DNA of 64,000 nucleotides from a virus: positions 134-64,133 of IMG/VR virus record IMGVR_UViG_3300023311_000098. The stretch is one strand, 5' to 3'. Shown here one piece after another: positions 55,567-64,000 of this stretch (position 1 is the stretch's first letter; every line of letters starts with the position of its first letter). The position numbers and the translations under genes are program-made. Below the pieces are notes generated by a model. That model was not told the DNA's origin, ran no database searches, and saw only the letters and a list, made by a program, of their open reading frames with translations.

Positions 55567-56406
55567 TTAAAGCATCTCGAATTCGGACCACGTGAACGCG
55601 CCGGGCCACCTTGTATGTAAAATCATTTCATTGAATTGCATGGGAGGTCTTTCAACCTGTTTCATAGACTGGCCAACGTAATGAAATGCCTGTGCGTCAG
55701 TGTCAATGAAAACCCTACCCCATAACTTCTTAATCATAAAGCATAAGTCCACATCCTCGAAGTATCCAGTTCCATAGCCCTCGAAGAAGCCACCAGTATT
55801 CTCAAAGGCTCCCCTTCGTACCATAAAACATCCTCCCGTTACCGAGACAACTTCTCTGGAAACACAGCACTTTGGATTGTCCGCCGACCAACCCAAGAAG
55901 GGATGGGTGATTTGACCGCGAATATTGATTCCATGCCCGACGTGTTGTACTGTCCCGGCGGGGCCAGACTCGTTTGAATCCAACGGGAACAATAGTTTGA
56001 GTCCACATATCCCGACAGTCTTATCATCCATACGTCTTACCAGGGCGTCCAGACATCCCGGCTTCAAGATAATATCGTCCGTGATGAACAAAACCAGCGG
56101 AGCGTGTCCAGATCGAATTACTCTATTCGCGCCGGCGGGGAACCCAAGTCTTTGGGCGGATGAAGTCATTCTTGAAAGCGGAGGAAGTTCTGGATAGTTA
56201 TACTTATTGACGATGGGGCCGTTCTGGAAAACGATGAGGCGCGAAGGGATGGACTCCATCTCGCTTTTGATTGCGTCAATGCACTTCCTGAATATTTCTG
56301 GTTTGACCATCGAGCAGGTCAGAAGGCAAATATCAACCAAGTTTTCAGACAACTCTTTGGACAACTTACTGGACAGGTTCTTGGACTTTATTCGAGACAT
56401 CTTCAA
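55567..56406 (-). CDS. glycosyltransferase family 2
   Basis: LGFPAGAN, FITDD, VTGGCFMVRR, YFEDVDLC. Confidence 0.92.
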   Translation of the reverse strand: MKMSRIKSKNLSSKLSKELSENLVDICLLTCSMVKPEIFRKCIDAIKSEMESIPSRLIVFQNGPIVNKYNYPELPPLSRMTSSAQRLGFPAGANRVIRSGHAPLVLFITDDIILKPGCLDALVRRMDDKTVGICGLKLLFPLDSNESGPAGTVQHVGHGINIRGQITHPFLGWSADNPKCCVSREVVSVTGGCFMVRRGAFENTGGFFEGYGTGYFEDVDLCFMIKKLWGRVFIDTDAQAFHYVGQSMKQVERPPMQFNEMILHTRWPGAFTWSEFEML

Positions 56407-57502
56407 TTCCTTTGAGCAGTTGATTGACAGATTTATCCCAATTCCGATTCAACACGTACTTTCGGGATTCTTCAGTGTTGGGAACTGTAATCTTTTCGAC
56501 AAAATCGAGTAGAGACAAAGCGCAATGCGCCCTGTTTATCATATCCCTGCGAGAGTTTCCCCAAGTATCCGTAAATGAGTATTCTGGAGGAACCAAGATA
56601 CCGCGCCCGTTGTCAAGGTGTTCGATTAGCACGCCAGTCCGAACTGCCATCACTGGAAGCCCACAGGACATTGCTTCCAACACGGGGAGTCCCAGTCCTT
56701 CAGCCTTGGAAACGAGTAGAAACACATCTGCGGCAGCAAACAGACCCCACAGTTGTTTGAACGGCATCCCACGCTCGAATATCATTGTCTCCTGCGACAC
56801 TCCATGAATTTGCGATAAATCTCGGAGTCTGTATCCGACAAATTGGTTCTCTCTTGTAACCAACCAGTACTTAAAGGGCTTCTTGCATTTATCCTTGAAT
56901 ATCTCAAGCGAGGCGAATGCGCCCCACAGGTTCTTCCGCTCTTGATTATCTGCGACGGTTAGGATGACAAATTCATTCGTTACACCCAAAGACTCCCTGA
57001 GCTTATCTCGTTCTTCTTTGGTGGGTTGCCTCCACGCCTCTGTGTCTACTCCAATAACCAGATGTTCGGCGTTTATCCCCATCTTCTCACATTCTTTTAC
57101 TGCAAACTCAGACATGACATAGCATTTACTGACTTGAGCCAAAATCATTGCCCAGGTTGCACAGAGAGGGCCGTTCTCCATGGGGGTGATGCAGATATAG
57201 GGGATCTGAAATTCTTTTGCCATCTTACAGAGAGGCTCTTGGTTGGGAATGTCAGCCAACCCTATTACCACATTTGGATTGAAGAGAGTTTTCATCTGGT
57301 AGAGCATGTTGTAGGCATCGTTCAATCCCACACAAGGAAAGAGCGAGAACTTGAAGTTGTGTTCCTGTCCTTGATAGGAAAGACCGATAATCTTGACATC
57401 GTGTCCTAGATTGGCAAGTCTACTTCCAAGTGCGGTAGTGATGGACGCGTAACCAGACCCCGTTGCGTCCATGTCTGAGATGATTACGATTTTGAATGTC
57501 AT
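56366..57502 (-). CDS. glycosyltransferase family 4 (GT-B)
   Basis: NQERKN, ADVF, EGLGLPVLEAMSCG.PV. Confidence 0.95.
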   Translation of the reverse strand: MTFKIVIISDMDATGSGYASITTALGSRLANLGHDVKIIGLSYQGQEHNFKFSLFPCVGLNDAYNMLYQMKTLFNPNVVIGLADIPNQEPLCKMAKEFQIPYICITPMENGPLCATWAMILAQVSKCYVMSEFAVKECEKMGINAEHLVIGVDTEAWRQPTKEERDKLRESLGVTNEFVILTVADNQERKNLWGAFASLEIFKDKCKKPFKYWLVTRENQFVGYRLRDLSQIHGVSQETMIFERGMPFKQLWGLFAAADVFLLVSKAEGLGLPVLEAMSCGLPVMAVRTGVLIEHLDNGRGILVPPEYSFTDTWGNSRRDMINRAHCALSLLDFVEKITVPNTEESRKYVLNRNWDKSVNQLLKGIEDVSNKVQEPVQ

Positions 57503-57804
57503 AATGTATCTTTTCGATAGGCGACGTTCTCCCCAAGAACCAACCAGTCAATCCTTCCAACAATAGTCGCTTTGTCTACTGTGTCTTTAATAACATCGCC
57601 TTCGACTTTGGTAAATTGGTCGGGGCTACCTGCAAGGTGCTGGATGCGCCAAATTCCATCTTCGTCGTACCACATCTTCAAAAGTGTTCCATCTGACGCG
57701 GCAATTAAATAGCGGTCGCCTTCTTCTGGGCAGACATTGAACTCTTCGCTAATGTCACCTTCGACTTCGATTAGGTCGTCACTCGCTCCGTAAATTGTAA
57801 TCAT
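57499..57804 (-). CDS. hypothetical phage protein
   Basis: IYGASDDLIEVEGDISEEF. Confidence 0.75.
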   Translation of the reverse strand: MITIYGASDDLIEVEGDISEEFNVCPEEGDRYLIAASDGTLLKMWYDEDGIWRIQHLAGSPDQFTKVEGDVIKDTVDKATIVGRIDWLVLGENVAYRKDTL

Positions 57805-57820
57805 CTCATTTATCCTTTCT

Positions 57821-58819
57821 TTATGATGCGAAAACTTTGTCCCATTCTTTTAGTATCCTTTCTGGGGAAAAGCGCGTTCTTGATAAGTTTCTCACATTGC
57901 TTCTGTGTTCATCCATGGGCGAAGTAAGAGCGTGAACAACCCTGTCTACAAAATCACCCTGGGAGGCAAACCACCCCATATTGGTTGTGTTCAGCGCTCC
58001 AATATCATAAGTGATTGGAAACGCCCCGGCCACCTGTGCCTCCATGGCCGCGTAACACGCCAACTCGTTGTAGTTGCATGGATATGCAAAAACTTCCGCC
58101 CTCAACTGTTCTTCAATCAAACGTGGTCTCTTCACCGCCCCCAACATGGTCACTCCCGGTACTCTCATGGCCTGAGTTACATACCTTTCTGTCCCGGCGA
58201 ATGGAACGCCCCAAAGTCGGTAATCCGAGGTCACTACAAGGCTTGCGCCTGGAACCGATGCTAAAATCATTGGCCACATCGAAAGAAGTTCTCCAAGTCC
58301 TCTGTCTGGAACCGACGTGAAGATGCAACGATGAGGTACTTTGGGAATGTTCTGTTCGTACTCCCATGTTCTTACTGGTAAGTCAATCGTGATTGTGTTA
58401 TCAATCCCGTACTCTTTTTTGAAGTATTCGGCGTGAAATTGTGAAATTGTCACAATTTTATCTACGTGAGGAGCGAAATCTTTGAAGGAACCGATGGTGA
58501 ACTGATCCGTGCTCCACCAGATTTTCTTTCCCTTCGCGCCATCTACACGATAGGTAGGGCTGCGGAAAACAATGAGGACGTCCCTATCCTCAGATCCATT
58601 GAAGTCCTGGATATTGGATTGGTGAAACTGGGACTGTTCAAAACTGCGCGGGTTGTTGTAAAGATTGACATCGTGTCCCGCTTTCGCCCAAAGCTCACAC
58701 ATGGTCAAGAGGGCGAGTTCGGCTCCTCCACACCCTATTTGATGGGGGTCGTCCCCTCTCAGTGTTGCCACTGTGACTCCGAGCGGACTTCCATCCGAGC
58801 ATAGAATTGAGATTCTCAT
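57821..58819 (-). CDS. glycosyltransferase family 4 (GT-B)
   Basis: GGAE, TSVPDRGL, AYP..E.....AMEAQ.AG. Confidence 0.92.
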   Translation of the reverse strand: MRISILCSDGSPLGVTVATLRGDDPHQIGCGGAELALLTMCELWAKAGHDVNLYNNPRSFEQSQFHQSNIQDFNGSEDRDVLIVFRSPTYRVDGAKGKKIWWSTDQFTIGSFKDFAPHVDKIVTISQFHAEYFKKEYGIDNTITIDLPVRTWEYEQNIPKVPHRCIFTSVPDRGLGELLSMWPMILASVPGASLVVTSDYRLWGVPFAGTERYVTQAMRVPGVTMLGAVKRPRLIEEQLRAEVFAYPCNYNELACYAAMEAQVAGAFPITYDIGALNTTNMGWFASQGDFVDRVVHALTSPMDEHRSNVRNLSRTRFSPERILKEWDKVFAS

Positions 58820-59151
58820 TTCTTATCTTCCTTTATAATACCGTTGCGGAACAAAACATCTGTTAGTGCCAAAGAGAATATATCAAGTTCATCGTGGCCG
58901 CGCTCATTTGTTTTTATATTGAACGCTTGAAGTTTCAGTTCGTTTTCTATACCATGTAAAATCTCGTGGAGAATTGTTTCAAAGATGTCTTCGTAAGGAC
59001 GTTTGCCATCATCAAATACTCTAATAGAACGAGTCCAGTAATCTATTTGTCCCCAAAAGGATTCGTGCTTATTAATGTCAACTTCTGACGGTTTATCAAC
59101 GTAGGTAATTGAATATTCAATCCCGAGAATGTTAATTTTATCCAGTGTCAT
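58816..59151 (-). CDS. zincin-like metallopeptidase domain protein
   Basis: TILHEILHG (HExxH). Confidence 0.75.
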   Translation of the reverse strand: MTLDKINILGIEYSITYVDKPSEVDINKHESFWGQIDYWTRSIRVFDDGKRPYEDIFETILHEILHGIENELKLQAFNIKTNERGHDELDIFSLALTDVLFRNGIIKEDKK

Positions 59152-59162
59152 ATTTTATCCTT

Positions 59163-59903
59163 TCATAGATATTCTGGATAGCGTTCCATTGAACCAAAAT
59201 CGTGGGCAAGTGGTTCAATGGAAGTGCCTTTTATAATCATTGCCCCAATGTTAACAAACTGCCTTCTAATCCCCTTGGCATCACAGACATATTTCAAGAG
59301 CTTTTCTGGTTCGTCGTTTACCTTGAAGCCAGACTCTCTCACATAATCAACGTCTCCGAAAAGAGTCTCTCCAATCAGGTTGTCGGCGGTTTTGGAGGTC
59401 ATCCAACACAGTTGATTGGAATATCCTTTATAGGTCAGCCCATCCGCCCCCGGAAACTGCTGGTGGGCATCCTTGAATGGGATATAGAGTACGTTTTCTT
59501 CCACTTTTTCGATGGGTTGAATATAACAATATTTGACATCGAACCTGCCGACAATAACCACATCGTATTTGAAGTTACTACTCAGCTCGGAACTTTGTTT
59601 CATCATATTACAATGAAGAACTTTCCAGTTTGCTTCAAGGTCTTTTTCTTTGAGAAGATCATATTTAGGAATACCGTGTTTTGCGGTTCTAAACCATATC
59701 GCCTCTCCTATAATAAATTCACTTGATAGAATAGCATAGTCTTTTGGATGATACAATTCGACGGTTTTGACGCATTCCGTGTTGGTGCATAGGAAAACGT
59801 CTGGATTGTATACATCCAAGATATGTTTCTTGGTTGATGGAAAGCAGAACTCGTAGGTCTGCGCGTTCCCGGTAAGTAAAAAGGCTACTCTCATTGTGTG
59901 CAT
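59163..59903 (-). CDS. putative glycosyltransferase-like protein
   Basis: VAFLLTG, YDVVIVGRFD; paralog of 54739..55566. Confidence 0.6.
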   Translation of the reverse strand: MHTMRVAFLLTGNAQTYEFCFPSTKKHILDVYNPDVFLCTNTECVKTVELYHPKDYAILSSEFIIGEAIWFRTAKHGIPKYDLLKEKDLEANWKVLHCNMMKQSSELSSNFKYDVVIVGRFDVKYCYIQPIEKVEENVLYIPFKDAHQQFPGADGLTYKGYSNQLCWMTSKTADNLIGETLFGDVDYVRESGFKVNDEPEKLLKYVCDAKGIRRQFVNIGAMIIKGTSIEPLAHDFGSMERYPEYL

Positions 59904-59913
59904 CCTTTTATTA

Positions 59914-60702
59914 TCAAAACCCTATTCCACATACAACACAGGGCGATTGTTCATCCATTTGACACAAATCCATTCGCCCGTCTACCGCCTCGTATTCTTT
60001 TCGGAGTTGCTCAAGTGTCAAAGATTCTGTTTCCTTTCCGTTCATGCGTTTTAGAATAGAGCGTTTACTGTGTTTCTCGGATAGTTGGCGCATCTCTTTT
60101 TCCCATTGTTCAATTTCTGTGTATCGTTGTGGAAAGTTTATTAACGTTCGTATCCAGTCGCCTTGACCTTGCTTGCAACATCTGCCCCCACAATTCGCGT
60201 GAGTATAGCCCATCTTATACATTCGGGGCGGTTCTATTCCCCAATCTTCTTTGACTACCTTTGAATAAGTTCGAAACTCGTAAGGCTTCCACATAAGTGG
60301 AAAATCCACTTTATAACCCATTTCTTCATACCCCTTTTTTGATCTATCCATGCGCTCCATTTCGGTATAGTCAAAACCAATGTGTATCGTAATCTCTTGG
60401 TCTGGTAAGGTCTCTAGCCACGCCTTGAATATATCCACCTTCAAACGGAAGGAACATGGCGCAAGAAGTGAGTTGGGTATCACGCGCTCAGCGCGTGATA
60501 CCTCGTAGGGAGTTCGTCCTTCATAGAGTTGGATAATTATTTTATTCCATCGTTTCTCACAATCTCGTAAGAACCGATAATTATCTTCGTCCTCAAATGC
60601 TACATCCTCGAATACCAATAGGGTGGCGGGGTATTTTTTGATAAGTCGGTCACACATAACGGCAGAGGATAGGCCGGAAGAAATAGAACCAATACTAATC
60701 AT
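59914..60702 (-). CDS. PP-loop/PAPS-reductase-like protein with Cys cluster
   Basis: SISSGLSS, EDEDNYRF, PCS..LK, HANCGGRCCKQG. Confidence 0.8.
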   Translation of the reverse strand: MISIGSISSGLSSAVMCDRLIKKYPATLLVFEDVAFEDEDNYRFLRDCEKRWNKIIIQLYEGRTPYEVSRAERVIPNSLLAPCSFRLKVDIFKAWLETLPDQEITIHIGFDYTEMERMDRSKKGYEEMGYKVDFPLMWKPYEFRTYSKVVKEDWGIEPPRMYKMGYTHANCGGRCCKQGQGDWIRTLINFPQRYTEIEQWEKEMRQLSEKHSKRSILKRMNGKETESLTLEQLRKEYEAVDGRMDLCQMDEQSPCVVCGIGF

Positions 60703-61601
60703 TGTCTACATCCTTTCTTTATCGTATCCATAACATACTCTCTTATCTCTGTCTTGTCCACGTCAATCCAGAACGACTTGTTCTTCATAATTTCCGTGTT
60801 CTTGTTGGTTCCAATCAACTTGTAGCCATGATAATTCTGAACAGGTAATTGGTGAGTAAGTATGCCTTGTTTCTTCAAGTATTGTAACAGCTTTTCGCGG
60901 TCTCCACGGCAAACAACACAAAATCCCTGCCAGTTCGGGTCAGCCATATGATGAGGTTCTGGCAGGATGAAATGCTCGCTCAGTTCACTCTCAAAAGCAT
61001 CGTGATAGTACTTCCAGTTCTCACGATGAATTTTTATGTTATTAGGAATGAGTTCTATCGAATAATGACCGTGACAATAACTCTTTAGAAGTTCTTCCAA
61101 GTGAATACTATCGGTCAAAACTATGCCGTTATTTTTGAAAGAAAAGGTCGAAAGATTGCCAAAGTTTCCAATCGGCTGCCCCTCATAAGTCCCTGTACAC
61201 GTTCCTCCGATAGACGAACCACAGTCAAACACTCCCCAAATGTAACTACCTTCTAAAATCCTATCTGAAATATATTGAATTGCTATCGGATTGCCAAGTG
61301 TGTGTTGTAACAAGATCGCCCCGGTATTCTCGTTTACCGCCTCTTCCACCAGGCATGGATTGGCATTGTAGGTTGGTATGTCCACATCCACGAAAACCGG
61401 AGTCAATCCAAGTTGTAAAATGTCCGGTAATGTTGTACCAATAGTGGAAAGAATAACCTCTTGTCCAGCTTTCAAACGTTTCTTGTTCTTATCCGACATG
61501 GCAGATAAAAGAGCCATGTAGTTTGGATTGGAGCAGGCGATTCCATACCCACGGTTGCTTTTCTGGGCTATGTCTTTCTCGAACTCGTCTTTATCATTCA
61601 T
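60699..61601 (-). CDS. degenerate DegT/RfbH-like PLP-fold sugar enzyme
   Basis: GLTPVFVDVD..TYN, HTLGNP, G...GNFG.LSTFSF; start trimmed to MNDKD. Confidence 0.75.
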   Translation of the reverse strand: MNDKDEFEKDIAQKSNRGYGIACSNPNYMALLSAMSDKNKKRLKAGQEVILSTIGTTLPDILQLGLTPVFVDVDIPTYNANPCLVEEAVNENTGAILLQHTLGNPIAIQYISDRILEGSYIWGVFDCGSSIGGTCTGTYEGQPIGNFGNLSTFSFKNNGIVLTDSIHLEELLKSYCHGHYSIELIPNNIKIHRENWKYYHDAFESELSEHFILPEPHHMADPNWQGFCVVCRGDREKLLQYLKKQGILTHQLPVQNYHGYKLIGTNKNTEIMKNKSFWIDVDKTEIREYVMDTIKKGCRQ

Positions 61602-61603
61602 GT

Positions 61604-62002
61604 TTAATCGTGAGAACCATCCATGTGCATCCCCCCATGACTTGCCGAGAATATACAAACCACCATTTGTCCGGCCGTTGTGCTATCTTCTTTAGTTGTT
61701 GGGGATGCGTCATGGGCATAAACATTCGAGCCTGTAATAGCCGCCGGAGACCCACAGCTACACATTGGCGACCAACGACCGACAAAGCGAGGTTCTTTCG
61801 GCCACTCCCCCGTTTTCTCGTTCATATCCGGGTCTACATAAATAAAATTTGAGCCATAATCGGCGGTACGAACCATTCCATATTCCTTACCCATGTAAAT
61901 CTGTTTGCGGCGGTAAACAGTTTTCCCGTTCTCGGTCACGCCCGACTTTCTATCGCCGGTAAATTTAAGAACCTTGATTGGATTTAGTTTTGGTAATGTC
62001 AC
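61604..62002 (-). CDS. hypothetical protein (possible Zn ligands)
   Basis: CSCG...C...H...H; ATGA coupled. Confidence 0.7.
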   Translation of the reverse strand: MTLPKLNPIKVLKFTGDRKSGVTENGKTVYRRKQIYMGKEYGMVRTADYGSNFIYVDPDMNEKTGEWPKEPRFVGRWSPMCSCGSPAAITGSNVYAHDASPTTKEDSTTAGQMVVCIFSASHGGMHMDGSHD

Positions 62003-62751
62003 GATGCGTCTCTTTCCGACTCTTCCAAGAGTCTTGCTTGTCTCTCATTGACAGGATGATAACCAGGAGCCAACCATTCCGGGTAAACTGGCGTCAAATG
62101 AAACTGATGATAACATGAAATTCCCTCCACAGTCTTTGATTCTATTCCCAATACTCCGCTTCTAATAACAACGTCCTGATCCAGCCACAAATGTCCTCTC
62201 TCATTATTTCTAAACCATCCAAACCAATCCCATCTCTCTCTCGTCCATCCGATTACATGAGACAAGAGACTCGCGTCAGTTCTATCACGGTTGGGCTTGT
62301 TCTGATATTCATATTCCCCGAAACCTGGAAGCGACTCAATCAATCTCGGGTTATTCTCCCAGTCTATCGTATCGAGAGCGTCTGTGAGGGCTGCGCCGAG
62401 GAAGTAGGTATTCAGGGTACAGCGTTGTTCTCCGTATTCGACCATCTTTTGAAGAACATCTGGCGTGACTATCTCGTCTGCCATGGCAAAGACAACATAC
62501 TGTCCGTTGGAGAATTGTCCATATTCATTCCAAATCTTGTTAACTCCAACGTGTCCTTGGTGGACAAACTTCAAATCTTGAATTTTGCCAAAGAAACTTT
62601 GGGCGAGTTCTGCAACTCCATCATGGTTCTTGCTTCCATTGTCTATCAAGAAGAACTCATAATTGGGATAAGTTACTTTAGACCAAGAGGTCAAGGTTCT
62701 CTTGAGGTTGGTCAATCTATCGGTACAACTCATTATGACGGATACTTTCAT
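61999..62751 (-). CDS. glycosyltransferase family 2
   Basis: VSVIM, IDNGS, FAMADE, D.D, YHQFH. Confidence 0.9.
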   Translation of the reverse strand: MKVSVIMSCTDRLTNLKRTLTSWSKVTYPNYEFFLIDNGSKNHDGVAELAQSFFGKIQDLKFVHQGHVGVNKIWNEYGQFSNGQYVVFAMADEIVTPDVLQKMVEYGEQRCTLNTYFLGAALTDALDTIDWENNPRLIESLPGFGEYEYQNKPNRDRTDASLLSHVIGWTRERWDWFGWFRNNERGHLWLDQDVVIRSGVLGIESKTVEGISCYHQFHLTPVYPEWLAPGYHPVNERQARLLEESERDAS

Positions 62752-63011
62752 GTTTTTTGCTCACGATAATGAGGACATCCAACCGTATCACAATTGCCCT
62801 TTGATTTTCCGTGTATGCACGCAACTATACCAATCGTTCGTTGCGCCTCTTCTAATTGCAACCTAATCAAATATTTTTTGTGCGCATCCCATCCCAATGT
62901 GAAATTACCCAACCAACCAAGCCACATATTACGCTCTTCTGCCGACCCGTATTCGTATAATTGACCATGTTGTTCACAAAACATTTTCATCATTTCATCA
63001 TGTTCGCTCAT
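62748..63011 (-). CDS. hypothetical protein
   Basis: 87 aa, C-terminal C.H...C...C. Confidence 0.65.
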   Translation of the reverse strand: MSEHDEMMKMFCEQHGQLYEYGSAEERNMWLGWLGNFTLGWDAHKKYLIRLQLEEAQRTIGIVACIHGKSKGNCDTVGCPHYREQKT

Positions 63012-63061
63012 ATTAATTCACACTCCTTTAGTATTTGTTAGACTCATTATGACAGAGACTT

Positions 63062-63157
63062 TCATAGGTGTCTGTTCCAATAATCCATTCCCTCTATAAA
63101 TCCAATACAAATCCCAAGCAAAAAAACTATAAACATCAATATTGGCATTGTTAGCAT
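63062..63157 (-). CDS. 31 aa membrane peptide
   Basis: MLTMPILMFIVFLLGICIGFIEGMDYWNRHL; AAGGAG SD; coupled. Confidence 0.5.
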   Translation of the reverse strand: MLTMPILMFIVFLLGICIGFIEGMDYWNRHL

Positions 63158-63992
63158 AACCCACACTCCTTTAGAATCTGTTCAACGCGTAAATCCCAAG
63201 TATCTTCTTTCCATACCTTATCGTGCGCGTTTTGTGCAATCTGAAGTGCCTCTTCTGAGTTATTTAGTGCAATCTCAACCTTCTGCACCGCTTCGTCCAT
63301 CGTTGTAAATCCGTAATAATGAGTATTTTCAATGAAGCCCAATTTCTCCAAATCTGGCACGCGATTGATTATTGGTACTCTCCGCATCCCCATTATCTCA
63401 AAGACTCTGACACAAACATCGTTCAGGCTTGACCAGTTCAATCCTAAAGAGGCTCGGCAATTCAACTGCCTATACTCATCGAAGATGGGTCCGAGTTCAT
63501 AGATAACCGAATGACCAAGTTCCCTCAATCGCCTCACCCATATATTCCGATTGTCGTAGTGGAGTCCGATAAGACAGGCATCGGTATCTTCGGCTACGAG
63601 AGGATCGGGGAAGTGAACGGTAGGGTCGAATGCGTAAGGCAAGAAGATGTCACCCGGTTTCATGTAGGTTGCCTGCATCCCAAAGAACTTATCCGAGTAA
63701 GAACGAGGCGCATCATAATTCAGAACGTGCGGGTCTGTCCCTACCGTTGCGGTTAGGCAATCTGGTTTATCTGCGAAATGAAATCCGGCGTCCACTTGTA
63801 AAACCAGGTCTGGTTTCCACGGGAGTTGCGCTTTGATGATTGACCAAGGAGGATAACTATATTGTGCGGTAGGCAGAGCGAAGTCTACGGGTTGAACGTA
63901 CTTTGTTGGCAAGCGCATACCAGAACTCCAGGGTATCCAGTCTCCAAAGTAGGGGCCGGTAACAAAAAGTTCAACATCATCTCGACGTTCAA
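63151..63992 (-). CDS. CgeB-like GT-B glycosyltransferase (3' part; starts at 73)
   Basis: LPYAFDP..H, LN.S....RVFE..G, TW..R. Confidence 0.88.
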
Positions 63993-64000
63993 GAGCGCGA
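63993..64000 (+). repeat. terminal overlap with 1..8 (circular sequence)
   Basis: GAGCGCGA at both ends, with reading-frame continuity. Confidence 0.9.

Overview
The window is an apparently complete, circular or circularly permuted tailed-phage genome of 63,992 bp. The first 8 nt (GAGCGCGA) repeat the last 8, and a glycosyltransferase ORF reads in frame across the junction. Most of the minus strand is a late module: terminase, portal, protease/scaffold and major capsid, then a ~15 kb glycan-biosynthesis island, head-tail joining genes, a siphovirus-like tail and lysis genes. The island holds 6 clear and 2 putative glycosyltransferases, a split ThDP enzyme, SDR epimerases, a methyltransferase and an RfbH/DegT-like protein. 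The plus strand (14-31 kb) carries early/replication genes: DNA methyltransferase, SSB-like protein, initiator with internal iterons, HD hydrolase and tRNA-Tyr. I recognised no integrase, polymerase or helicase. Two layers are not explained by the ORF track. (1) A rich RNA layer: a consensus type II hammerhead ribozyme heading the early operon; back-to-back with it, a tRNA-shaped ncRNA with a pseudoknot replacing the anticodon loop; an anti-Shine-Dalgarno sRNA; repeated structured leaders; two attenuator-like leaders; and a ~225 nt orphan ncRNA. (2) A probable virion glycosylation system with recurring [S/T]-G-[S/T] motifs in structural proteins. Family names come from motif recall, not from database searches.
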